A stretch of DNA of 64,000 bases, from assembly GCA_963842525.1 (NCBI GenBank), contig CAWJGT010000034.1, positions 384,001-448,000 of the forward strand. The letters run 5' to 3'. This DNA comes from an uncultured Holophagales bacterium. GTDB lineage: Bacteria; Acidobacteriota; Thermoanaerobaculia; Multivoradales; UBA5704. Each line of letters opens with the position of its first letter. The stretch's first letter is position 1. The notes under the pieces were generated by a model. That model saw only the letters and a program-made list of their open reading frames with translations, was not told the DNA's origin and searched no databases. Made by a program: the position numbers and the translations under genes. Below, in pieces: positions 38,967-49,470 of the stretch.

Positions 38967-39503
38967 ATGCGGCAGACAGGTCTGCGAATCGTCCTCGTCG
39001 TTGTTTCAGGTCTCCTCGCCGGGGTCGTGCCTCCGGCATTTGCAACCTGCAACTGCACAACGACCATCCTGGGCACCAACGGTGCCGATTCGATCACCGG
39101 AACGTCGGCCGCGGAGTGCATCTATGGCCGGGATGGCGACGACTACCTCAATGGAGCGGATGGGAATGACTGCATCTTCGGTGAGGGCGGCAACGACATC
39201 AGCGTCGGGGGCTTCGGGAACGACACCATCAACGACGACGTAGGAAGCGACACGGCCTATGGCGACGAGGGCGGCGATGACATCTTCACCCATCAGGAGG
39301 TCGATTATCAGTACGGAGGGAATAGCAATGATTTCATGACAGGAGGCCAGGGAGGGGATGTCATGTCCGGCAACGGAGGGAATGACACTCTCTGGGGAGA
39401 GAAGGACAACGACTCCCTGACCGGAGGAAACGGTACCGACACCTGTGATGGAGGCACGGAAACCGACACCTGCTCCTGTGAGAGCACGACCAACTGCCCC
39501 TAG
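38967..39503 (+). CDS. Small secreted RTX-like Ca-binding repeat protein 2 (paralog)
   Basis: Sec signal ending AFA; GRDGDDYLN, GEGGNDISV, GNGGNDTLW; ends TCSCESTTNCP. Confidence 0.9.
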   Translation: MRQTGLRIVLVVVSGLLAGVVPPAFATCNCTTTILGTNGADSITGTSAAECIYGRDGDDYLNGADGNDCIFGEGGNDISVGGFGNDTINDDVGSDTAYGDEGGDDIFTHQEVDYQYGGNSNDFMTGGQGGDVMSGNGGNDTLWGEKDNDSLTGGNGTDTCDGGTETDTCSCESTTNCP

Positions 39504-39587
39504 AGGTCCCCAAGCCGTCACGATCTGACTCCGGGGCCCTCCGATCGCGCCGATCGAAGGGCCCCCCTTTCCTGGAGAGGCACCCTG

Positions 39588-42500
39588 ATGACCCGGCGAT
39601 CGACGTTCTCTCACGTTTTGCTCCCAGCCTTTCTCCTTCTTGGCGCTCCTTTTGCCCGCGCTGCCGAAATCGAGGTCCGCGGGACGATTCTGCGTCCGTC
39701 GGGCGAGCCGCTGCCGGGTGTGCGCGTCGAGCTGGTGGCCGAGCTTTCCCGGTACGATCTGGCCCAGGCAGCTCTTCGCGGCGAGGTTCGTCCCGTCCCA
39801 CTGGCGACAGCGGCCTCAGATCACCGAGGCCATTATCGATTGGTTGCGCCGAAAGCTGGAATTTTCCGCGTCCTCGTCGACGCCGAAGGGTGCTTTCCTT
39901 TGGCGGCCGGACCTTTGGCGCTCACCGGCTCCACCGACCTCGCCCCGGTCGTTCCGCCTGCGGCCTCTCAGATGCGTGTGCGCGTGCTGGACGCCGAAGG
40001 CCGGCCCATCGCCGGCGCACGGGTCCAGGCGCGCGGCCCGGCCGAGCGGCGCTTTGCGCGCGAGCTCCCGAAGCCTTGGGGCATCGCCCCCAGGACGGCG
40101 CGGACGGACGCGGACGGGCAGGCCCTCCTGCCGCAACTGCCCGGAGAGTCGCTCGAGGTCCTCGCCTCTCATGCGGGCGCGACCGAGGCCCGGGCGAAGG
40201 GAGCGAGCGCAGAGGCGATCCTCCGTCTGAGCCGCGAAATCACTCCTCACAGCGTCGCCCTGCCGGTGCTCTCCACCATCGCAGGGAACGTGCGGACAGG
40301 TGGAAGAGCCCCTCTCGCCGGCTCGCTCGTCTGGTCGCCCGAGGATCCCGGTCTGTGGACCATGACGGATGCGACGGGACAGTACCGCCTCGCCGTGCCT
40401 CCGGCGGTGCGCTCGTTGCGGGTCGAGGCCGCGGGCTTCCTCTCCCGGCAGGCCCGGCTGACTGAAGCCGACATCCGCCGCGGCCGGGCGCCGACCCTCG
40501 CCCTCCAGCCGGCCACGTCCCTGGTGGGCACGGTGCTCGATGAGAGCGGTACTGCGCTTGAAGGGATCGTCGTCGCGGCGACCCTGGAGGGCGGACCTCC
40601 CGGACTGTCGCCCTCGGCCGTCGTCGCCTGGGGCTCCAGCGATCGAGCGGGCCGGTTCGAGCTGCGTGGCTTGACGCCCGGAACCCCCTATCGGGTCGAG
40701 GAGGCGCAGGCCGGTCTCTTTGCGGAGCCGCAAACGGTGATCGCCTCGCGGCCGGGTGCTCCGCCGCCCCCTCTCCGGCTCGTGCTCGCCGTCTCCCAGG
40801 GAGTGCGCGGGCGGGTGCTCGATCTTGCCGGCCAGCCGATCCCCAAAGCCGAGATCCTCCTGCGAGGGGCTCGTCCCCCGAAACGCTCGGACCTCCAGCC
40901 GATCGAGCCCCTGCGCCCCGAGGAGGAGCCGTATCGCGCATGGACCGACGCGCGCGGCGTCTTCACCGTCCGTGAGCTGCCGGCACTCGACGTCGATGTG
41001 ATCGCTCGCAAGCCCGGCTTTACGCCGTCCGTCGTCCGCGGTCTGCAGATCCGTCCGGGCAAGACGCCTCAGCCGGCCGGCGACATCGTGCTGCGGCCGG
41101 GAGTTCGCCTCGCTGGCCGGGTCGTCGATTGGGCCGGCCGCGGGATCGCGGACGCGGCGGTCCACCGGGTCCAACAGATCGATGATCTCGACCGGCTGGA
41201 GGCGCGCCTGCGCGAGCGCCTGCCGGCTGCGGTCAGCGCCGGCGACGGCAGCTTCGTCCTCGGCGACCAGCCTTCAGGAGCCCCCCTGAACCTGGTCATC
41301 TCCGCCCAGGGCTTCACCCCGGCGGGCCTGCGCGGCGTGCGCGCTCCGGTCGCCCAGCCGGTCGTCGTGCGCCTCGATCCGGCAGCGCTGGTTCGCGGCC
41401 GCGTCGTGGATGAAGACGGTGCGGGCATTTCGGGAGCCAGGATCTTTCTTGAATGGCGGAGCAGCTTGCCGGAAAAGCCGAGCGTCCAGACCGGCGAGCA
41501 TGCCGCGCGCACTGCCGTCTCGGACCGCGAAGGACGCTTCGAGCTGCGGGGCGTGCCGGAGGGATCTGGTGAAGTCACCGTCGAGGCCGACGGGTTCGTC
41601 GCCTCGGACTCTTTCCCGGTGGTGATCCCCCAGGATCCCAAGAACGAATGGACCGTGGTCCTCCAGCGCGGCGCGATCCTCGAAGGGAGGATCTCCACCC
41701 GGCAGGGCGATCCGGTCGGCGGTACGCGCGTCACCGTCGAGAGTGCCCAAGCTCGGTCGGACGATGACGGAAAGTATCTTCTCGCGGGCGTCCCCCTCGG
41801 GGAGTTCGAGGTCGAGGTCGTTCATGCCGACTACCCGCGCCAGGTCCGCATGCTGAAGATCGAGAGCGGCTCCAACGTCCTGGACGTCCAACTCCAGGAC
41901 GGCCACCGGGTGACCGGAATCGTGCTTTCCGCGGCGCGCGAGCCGGTCCCGGGAGCCTCCGTCTCTCTGGAGACCCTGGTGGAGGGACGAGATCAACGGG
42001 CCTACCGCACCCATACCGGCATGGCCGGCACCTTCGAGCTTCCCGACCGTGGCGGACGGCGAATACCAGATCGTGGCGTCGGCCGACGGCTTCGCCGAGG
42101 AAAAGCCGTCCGAGACCATCACGATCCGCGGCAGCGATCGGAACGACCTCGAAGTGATCCTCGATCGCGGCGCCTCGATCGTCGGCCGCGTCCTCGGGCT
42201 GCCGCGGGAGGAGCTGGCCTGGGTCGAGGTGTCCGCCGAGGGCGACGATGTGGATGCCGGGAGCCCCGTCGTCCGAGTGGACGCCGAAGGCCGCTTCGCC
42301 TTGCGCCACCTTGCGCTGGGCAACTGGCAGGTGCGCGCACGGCACCCCCAACGCCAGCGTTCCGTCGAGGTGCGGGCCGTCCTCCGGGCCCACGGCGAAG
42401 AGGCCGTGCGCGATCTCCGGTTCGGTGGCGGCTTGAGCCTCACGGGCCGGGTGGTCCTCGCCGACGAGCCGCTCGCCGGCGCCCTGGTGAGCCTCCGCGC

Positions 42501-43437
42501 CCAGAGCCATTCGCTCGAGCGGAGCGCCGTCACGGACTATCAGGGAGAGTTCGAGCTCACCGATCTCGACACCGATCGCTATCACCTCGGAGTGATCGAT
42601 CGCAAGACGCTGGCGCTGCACAATGAGGACATTGTCCTCGACGAGGACCGGCAGGTCGAGATCCAACTCCGTGCCGGAACGGTCTCCGGGAACGTCCTCG
42701 ACAGCTCCAGCCGGGCACCCGTCGCAGGAGCGCTCCTCGCCCTCAGGCCGCTCGAGGGGGCCGACTTCATGATCGCCAGCACCTCGGAGGAGGACGGCAG
42801 CTTCCTACTGCCCAAGGTCCCGGAAGGCCGCTACCGGCTCGCCGCGCGCGCCGACGGCTACACATCTACCGAGCAGGAGGTCGAAGTCGCAGGCGCTGGA
42901 GTCGCCGGCCTCGACGTGAAGCTCGCGCCCACCCAGGGGCTCGATCTCATCGTTCGTCTGGCATCGGGCCAACCGCCGCAGTGGGTGCATCTGCGTGCGA
43001 CGGCCAGCGGCACTCTCTCGGAAACGCGCAGGGTCGGAGCGGATGGGCGGCTGAGGCTGGCAACATTGCCTGCCGGCGAATGGGACCTCTGGATCGCAGC
43101 TCCCGGAGGCGCCTCATTGCAGACCAAAGTAAGGGCTCCGGGAAAGACCGTGACGATCGATCTTCCACCAGCGGGCCGTCTCTCGGTGCAGGTGCCCGAG
43201 CTTGCGGAGTCCTCTCTTCTGGCGACCGTGGCCGTGTCGGGAGAAAGCCGGCAGCCGTTCTCGACTCTCACGTTCGGCGGTGAGATCTCCTCCTCCTGGC
43301 CCCTGAAGGCCGGCACTGCGGTCGTCGAGGGCCTCCCTGCGGGGCTGTGGACGGTGACGGTGCTCGCGCCGGATGGCCGGACCTGGACCAAGGCGGTTGC
43401 GACAACCGGGAGCGATGGAGCGGCGATCCTGGAATGA
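39588..43437 (+). CDS. Large secreted protein with carboxypeptidase-regulatory-like (transthyretin-fold) repeats; frameshift near 42040
   Basis: Signal peptide; about 12 repeats of GRVxDxxGxPxxGA...TDxxGxF across ORFs 39588..42626 and 42049..43437. Confidence 0.85.
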
Positions 43438-43475
43438 AGGCGGCTGCGGGGAGCTGCCCTCGCGGAACAGGAATC

Positions 43476-45108
43476 TCAGGCATCCCGGGTGATTCCGAGA
43501 GCCTTCAGGTATCTGTGGAAGGTCGCCTTGCTCAACCCCAGGCTCTCCCGCGCTGCCTTGACGCTGCCGCCGTGGCGCTCCAACCGCGCGAGGATCAGCT
43601 CGCGCTGAAAGGTGCGCATTGCATCGTGCATGGTGGCCCCCTCCCAGAGGAGGGGGCCGGCCTTCGGATTGGGCGCGGCGTGCAGGGCCTCGGGATAACA
43701 GCCTTCAATCAGGCCACGGTCGATTTGTGCGCCCGGCCGGGCATGGATGACGAAGAGCGAGCAGGCCCGCGAGACCTCCCGCACGTTGCCCGGCCAGTCG
43801 TAGGAGATCAGTGCTCGCAGCGCCTCCTGGCTGAATCCGAGGGTCCGCTTGCGGTGCTTGCTCTCGTGGTGACGCCGGAAGTGCTCCAGCAGCAGGGGGA
43901 TATCCCACGGGCGCTCGCGCAGGGGAAGGAGGCGGATCGCGAGAGTACGGAAACGATCGTAGAAGTCGGCTCGCAGGGTGCCTTCCCGAACGGCCTCGTC
44001 CAAATCGCGATTGGTCGCCAGGAGGACGGCGACGTCGACCGGGATCTCGCGCGTCTGCCCCACGGGCACGACGCGATGGTTCTCCAGGACCCGGAGCAGA
44101 TGGGCTTGCGCCCGCAGCGACAGCTCTGCGACCTCGTCGAGGAAGAGGACCCCGCCGTCGGCAGCCCGGAAGAAGCCGGGCTCATCCATCAAGGCGCCGG
44201 TGAAGGATCCCTTCTTGTGGCCGAAAAACCGGGAGGCGGCCAGCTCGTCCGTGATCTCGGCGCAGTTGACGACCACCAGGCGTTTGCGGCGGCGCGAGCT
44301 GTAGGCGTGGAGATAGCGGGCGATCAGGTCCTTGCCCGTTCCCCGCTCGCCCAGGAGCAGAATCGGCTCGGGGTTCTCCGCTTCGAGCGCGGGGATGTAG
44401 ATCTCGTGCAGCGTGCGACGCAGCGCCTGCGTGTGCGCCGAGTCGCCCAGAATCTCCGGCGCGTCGTCGCTCCCCTTGGCCGCTTCAAGGAGATCGCGGA
44501 GCTCGCGCTCCTGGCGCTCCTGGCGGAGATAGAAGCCGAAGATCCGGCCTGCCGCAGTGGCGTACCCCTCCAGCCAGGCGCGATCGTCTTCTCCATAGGC
44601 TTCGGCCACGCTGCTGTTCTGGAAATAGACCACGGCGAGCACCACGTCGCGCAACGGATCGCAGATCGGGGCGCACAGCACGCTGAACTGGCTTCCCTCG
44701 AGCGACGGGGTCTTGCGACGCGTCCTCCTGCAGCCGGGGATCCTCGATCAGCTCCGGCCGGCCGGTCTCGACGACCCGCTGGATGACTGAGGGGCTCACC
44801 CCGCGGACCGACTCTCCCCGCTCGCAAGCCTGCGATCTGCTCCGGGGTGAGATGGCCCAGGGTGTGCACGGCGCGCAGGCCGAGGGGCTCGGCTGGTTTC
44901 CACCAGGAGCAGGAGCGCCTTGCGTGCGCCCGAAGCCCCGGGCGGCGGCCTCGAAGGAGGCCCGCAACGCCGCTTCTTCGCCGCCGTCGCTGGACAGCAC
45001 GGCGAGGAGCTCGTTCATGGCTCCGAGGAGCTGGGCGTAGTCGCGCCCCGGCGGTTGGGACCTGGAAGCTGTCACGACTCTGGAAGTATCAGATAGAGCG
45101 GTGTCCAT
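43476..45108 (-). CDS. Sigma-54-dependent activator (GAF - AAA+ - Fis-type HTH); frameshifts in the GAF region
   Basis: GERGTGKD (Walker A), VVVNCA, FFGHKKGSFTGA, LFLDEV, LLRVLE, ATNRDL, WPGNVRE, HTH AARESLGLSKATFHRYL; GAF pieces (SVLCAPI, PELIEDPR) split over three frames between 44680 and 45108. Confidence 0.9.
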
Positions 45109-45199
45109 GCAACTCCGTTCGCCAGTCCCAATTCTGCGCCCGCCGGGGTTCCCGCGGGTTCCAAAGATGGAACGCCCCATGTATTCATGCGCGGACAAG

Positions 45200-45910
45200 G
45201 CGTTTCATTTCAGGAGCTTGTGGCCCGCCGGTTGCCTGGTCCAGGTATTGGCCAGCCGTATCCCACGGTCGCCGACTTGCGGATCTATGCCCGTCATGTC
45301 GTCTCAAGGCTGGCCGGCAATCACGTGATCTTCTCTCCCACCTTTGACCGGGCACCGGACATCGACCCGGACAACTGCACGCCGACTTCCGCCAACGCGA
45401 GCTGCCGGATGCGGTTCGTCGGCGAGGAGATCAAGAGCACCTCGCCGCGGCACCTGGTCACCAACCACTGGGCGGGCAGCCTGGCGGTCGCCTCGATGCA
45501 GCCCTTCCAGGACCAGGCCTGGCTCGACTTCCAGATGTTCCAGAGCGGCCAGGCCAAGTCCGCGTCCAACTGCAACACGACCACGCAGCTCCAACTCATC
45601 ACCCAGCGGGCCCGCGAGATCCCGTTGACCCTGTGGGGCTATACGCCGACCAAACCCAGCGTGAACGGCGAATCCATCCACGACGGCGTCAACGGCGGCT
45701 GCCTCGGAACGCTCCACTACAACGCCTACCGCGCCCGGCAGACCGGCTACCTCTCACTGTTATCGGGAGCGACCGGGTACACCTACGGGGTGCAGGGCGT
45801 CATGGACTGGGGCGCCTTCGGATCGAGTTACACCGCGGGCATGGCGCGGCCTTCGAATTTCCAGATGGAGTACCTGGGGAACGTCTTCCGCGGCGTCTTC
45901 GAGGGCCTTG
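45200..45910 (+). pseudogene. Internal fragment of a DUF4038 (apiosidase-like TIM-barrel) glycoside hydrolase
   Basis: YARHVVSRL, HLVTNH, WLDFQMFQSG, PTKPSVNGE, YLSLLSGATGYTYG, QMEYL; no N-terminus or C-terminal domain. Confidence 0.65.
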
Positions 45911-45919
45911 TGCCGCCGC

Positions 45920-46579
45920 CTACACCAACCCCTTGCGCTGCGCGTAGACCGCCAGCTCGAGGCGGCCGTCTACGGCCGTCTTCTGATAGATGTTGTGCAG
46001 GTGGATCTTGACCGTACCCTCGCTGATGAAGAGCTTTTCAGCGATCGCCCGGTTGCGCAGGCCGCTGGCGACCATGCGGACGATTTCGAGCTCGCGGAGC
46101 GTCAGAGTCTCGGCGGCCTCGAGGATGCGTTCCTCCCTCTGCAACAGCCGGCTGAGAGCGCGGTCCGTCGATCCCTTGTCCAGCCAGCGGCGGCCCGCAT
46201 GGACCTCCCGGACCGCCTCGACGAGGAGCCGTGGCGCCATCTCCTTGAGCACGACGCCGCCGACCCCGAGGCGCAGGGCTTCTACGAGCTGATCCTCCCC
46301 CAAAGCCGCCGTCAGCAACACCACCCGCGTGAGCAGCCCACCCGCCTCAATGGCTCGCAGAACGTCAAGACCGTCGCCCCGCGGCATCCGGATGTCCAGG
46401 ACCCCCACATCGGGACGGTGCACCCGAATGGCTCGCAGAGTCTCCTCCCCGTCCCGGCAGCGGGCCACGACCTCGAAGTCCTGCTCCAGCCGGAAAAGCT
46501 GCTCCAACCCGTCGAGAACGATCGGATGGTCGTCAGCCAGCAGCAGGCGGATCGGCAACGTCAGGCCCTCCCTTCGCAC
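45920..46579 (-). CDS. NarL/LuxR-family response regulator
   Basis: LLADDHPIV, LDIRMP, LTLRELEIVRMVASGLRNRAIAEKLFISEGTVKIHL. Confidence 0.95.
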   Translation of the reverse strand: MRREGLTLPIRLLLADDHPIVLDGLEQLFRLEQDFEVVARCRDGEETLRAIRVHRPDVGVLDIRMPRGDGLDVLRAIEAGGLLTRVVLLTAALGEDQLVEALRLGVGGVVLKEMAPRLLVEAVREVHAGRRWLDKGSTDRALSRLLQREERILEAAETLTLRELEIVRMVASGLRNRAIAEKLFISEGTVKIHLHNIYQKTAVDGRLELAVYAQRKGLV

Positions 46580-48258
46580 GGCAGCATGATATCGAGCCGC
46601 GCCCCGGCCGGGCTCGACTCCAGGGCAACCGAACCGCGTAACGACGTGACCCTCTCGAGCAAGGTGCGCGGCGCGAAGTCGCCCGCGCTCAGCTCCGCGT
46701 ACGTGAACTTCCCCGAGACCGGAAATCCCCGCCCGTTGTCGGCAATCATGAGAGAGAGGTGGCCGTCTTCTCCGTCAGCGATCTCGACTTGCACCGCCGT
46801 TGCATCGCCGTGCCGCACGGCGTTGACCAGGGCTTCGCGCACAACCAGATAGACCTCGCGCGCCAAAGGCTCCGGAATCCCCTTCAGCCCCTCGGTCCGC
46901 AGCTCCGCCCGAAGCCCCCATTCCAGCTCCATGCGCTGCACCAGCTCGGCCACCCGGGCGTCGAGGTCGCGGGCCTTATCCGCCGGCGCGAGCGGCGGCG
47001 GCTTCAGCTCCTGGATGAAAAAGCGCAAGTCGCGCTGCTCCAGAGCGATCAGCCGCTGCAGGGCGTCGAGCGCTTCGCGGGCCCGCTTCGGATCCTCGTC
47101 GAGCAGCCCCCGGACCGCGGCCAGCCGCAACCCGATCCCAGTCAACGACTGGAGGACACCATCGTGCAGGTCGCGCGCGAGTCGGAGACGCTCCTCCGTC
47201 GTCGCGGTCTCCTGGAGGGTCTGGTTCAGATAGAAGTGATCGAACCGCGCCGCCACCACGCTGGCGACCACCTCTCCGAGCACCAGGTCGTCGGATGTCA
47301 TGGCCGCTTTGTCAGCGAAGAAGAGGCGTCCCTCGACCGATTCTCCCTGGAGAGGAAGCGAAAGGACCACCCGCAGAGAGAAGCGATCGCGCAGTCCTGC
47401 GTCCAGCGGCAAGCCGCGCCAGCGCTGGAGCCCGTCGCGGCCGCGGCGGAGCACGGCCGGCTCCGGCACCGTCGCATCCAGGCACAGGAAGCTGTCCTGC
47501 GAAAGCGACTCTGCCACCAGACCAGCAAAGGACTCGGGAGCGGACCGGCTCCACGAGAAGGCACCGCCGCTCCAGGAAGCCAGATAGAGCCATGGCTCCT
47601 CCCGCTCCACCCAGGCAAGCAGCACACGCGGAGCCCCCATAGCCTGGGCGGAGTGCTCCAACAGGCCCCTGACCAGCACCTCGATCTGCCGCGGGACATC
47701 CTGCGGCCAGGCCGCCAGGTGCGCCATCTCGCGCCGCGTATGCTCCTCATGGGAGCCGAGATAGCCGAGGAGGACGGCCACGACGACCAGGTAGACGCTG
47801 CGGACGATGACCGGATAGACCTCGAAGCCAGGATCGTTCAGGACTTCCGCGACCCACAGGCCGACCCCGACGAACATGGCAAGGGACACGATAGCCGTCC
47901 AGAGCGTCCCCCGCCACTGCCACCGTAGCGTGGCGCAGACCAGGGCAAAGACAAAGTAGGCGGTGAACGGGCTCGCCGGCCCCCAGGTGAAGTAGATGAA
48001 GAGTGAAAAGAAAATCAGATCAAACACGTGGGTGACCAGGGCCACGCGGTGCGACGGCGCATCCCAACGCCAGACCAGGAGGGCGATCGCCGCCGCGTAC
48101 ACGACGTAGGCGGCCAGCAGCGAATAGGCGATGTCGGCGTACTTCGCCGGCTCGGCCGGATCGAGCCAGACGGCGAACAGGGAAAAGATCGCGAGGACCA
48201 CCCGTCCGGCGGCGATCAGACGCTCAGCACGGCTCTGCGGCGAATACAGGGGCTCCAT
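46561..48258 (-). CDS. Membrane sensor histidine kinase (HisKA_3)
   Basis: N-terminal TM helices; EERLRLARDLHDGVLQSL, REALVNAVRH, DNGRGF. Confidence 0.93.
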   Translation of the reverse strand: MEPLYSPQSRAERLIAAGRVVLAIFSLFAVWLDPAEPAKYADIAYSLLAAYVVYAAAIALLVWRWDAPSHRVALVTHVFDLIFFSLFIYFTWGPASPFTAYFVFALVCATLRWQWRGTLWTAIVSLAMFVGVGLWVAEVLNDPGFEVYPVIVRSVYLVVVAVLLGYLGSHEEHTRREMAHLAAWPQDVPRQIEVLVRGLLEHSAQAMGAPRVLLAWVEREEPWLYLASWSGGAFSWSRSAPESFAGLVAESLSQDSFLCLDATVPEPAVLRRGRDGLQRWRGLPLDAGLRDRFSLRVVLSLPLQGESVEGRLFFADKAAMTSDDLVLGEVVASVVAARFDHFYLNQTLQETATTEERLRLARDLHDGVLQSLTGIGLRLAAVRGLLDEDPKRAREALDALQRLIALEQRDLRFFIQELKPPPLAPADKARDLDARVAELVQRMELEWGLRAELRTEGLKGIPEPLAREVYLVVREALVNAVRHGDATAVQVEIADGEDGHLSLMIADNGRGFPVSGKFTYAELSAGDFAPRTLLERVTSLRGSVALESSPAGARLDIMLPCEGRA

Positions 48259-48413
48259 CGCTCGTATGATAACCGCCGGGCGGCGGCTTCCGCCTCTATC
48301 CGAAGATATAGCTGCAAAATATATCGAACGTTACATGCAGAGCCCGGCACGATCTCCGTATACTGCCGGAAGACCGGCTGGACAGCCGTTTCTGGACCTT
48401 GAGGAGAGCCGCC

Positions 48414-48995
48414 ATGCCTTCGAGAATCGTCATTCTAAGTCTCCTGTCGATTGCGCTTCTGACCGCCGTGGGCTGCTCCCGGCACAAGAAGGCCACCACC
48501 GCACCCGAGGCCGCGCCGCCGCCGGCCCTCACCGAAATCGCGCCCGCCCCGGAATCCGCCCCCGAGCTCATGCCCGCACCTCCGGAGGAGCCCGAGCCCG
48601 ATCCGCTCAGCGCTGACCTCGCCTCCGTCAACGAGTACCTGCGGCAGCGGGGGCTCCTGGGGGACGCCTACTTCGACTACGACCGCGCCAGCCTCACCGA
48701 CCAGGCGCGCGAGCAGCTCGCGCGCAACGCCCAGATCCTGCGGCAGTACCCGCAGTTCCTCGTCACTCTTGAGGGGCATTGCGACGAGCGCGGAACCCCC
48801 GAGTACAACCTGGCGCTCGGCGAGCGGCGCGCTTTCAGCGCCCGGGATTATCTCGCATCCCTCGGGATCGACGAGGGCCGCCTGCTTACCATGAGCTACG
48901 GCGTGGAGCGGCCCGTGTGCTCCGACGCTGAGGAGACGTGCTGGAGCCAGAATCGCCGTGCGCACCCTGTGGTCACCGGCCGCAGCAATCAGTGA
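48414..48995 (+). CDS. pal: Peptidoglycan-associated lipoprotein (Pal/OmpA-C family)
   Basis: Lipobox AVGC; YFDYD, LEGHCDERGTPEYNLALGERRA, SYG.ERP, NRRA; no tol genes adjacent, so possibly a paralog. Confidence 0.85.
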   Translation: MPSRIVILSLLSIALLTAVGCSRHKKATTAPEAAPPPALTEIAPAPESAPELMPAPPEEPEPDPLSADLASVNEYLRQRGLLGDAYFDYDRASLTDQAREQLARNAQILRQYPQFLVTLEGHCDERGTPEYNLALGERRAFSARDYLASLGIDEGRLLTMSYGVERPVCSDAEETCWSQNRRAHPVVTGRSNQ

Positions 48996-49033
48996 ACCGA
49001 TTCGCATCCCCGTTTTTCTCCCCGGGGAGCATG

Positions 49034-49061
49034 GGGCGGTCCCGGTGGGCCGCCCTTTTTT
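49034..49061 (+). terminator. Rho-independent terminator after pal
   Basis: GGGCGGTCC-CGGT-GGGCCGCCC followed by TTTTTT. Confidence 0.8.
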
Positions 49062-49079
49062 GAGACGCAACCGATCGAC

Positions 49080-49390
49080 CGCTTCGCCGTCGCGGTGATC
49101 CTCTTCGAGGGCGGCATGAACCTGCGCCTCGGGCGGATGCGCCGGGAGGCGCGAAGCATCCGCCAGCTCGTCACCCTGGGAGCCCTGGTCACAGCCGCTG
49201 GCGGTGCACTGGCCGCACACCTGATCCTGCGCTGGAATTGGGTCCTCGCCACCCTCTTCGGCACCCTCGTCATGGTCACCGGCCCGACGGTGATCAACCC
49301 GCTGCTGCGCCGCTTCAAAGTCAAGGAGCGGGTCGCGACCGTGCTGGAGGCGGAAGGGATCCTGGTGGACGCCATCGGCGCCATCGTCTA
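49080..49390 (+). pseudogene. Internal fragment of an NhaP-type cation:proton antiporter
   Basis: AVAVILFEGG...LVMVTGPTVINPLLR...VLEAEGILVDAIGAIV; both ends missing. Confidence 0.8.
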
Positions 49391-49402
49391 TCGTGATCCG
49401 GC

Positions 49403-49418
49403 CGGAATAGAAATTGCA
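49403..49418 (+). promoter_or_regulatory. Possible sigma-54 promoter
   Basis: CGGAATAGAAATTGCA, GG-N10-GC, about 53 bp upstream of ATG 49471. Confidence 0.4.
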
Positions 49419-49470
49419 TGAGCTTCCAGGAGCGGTCCGGCCGTTGCAACTCGTCCTGAAAGGAGGTAGC

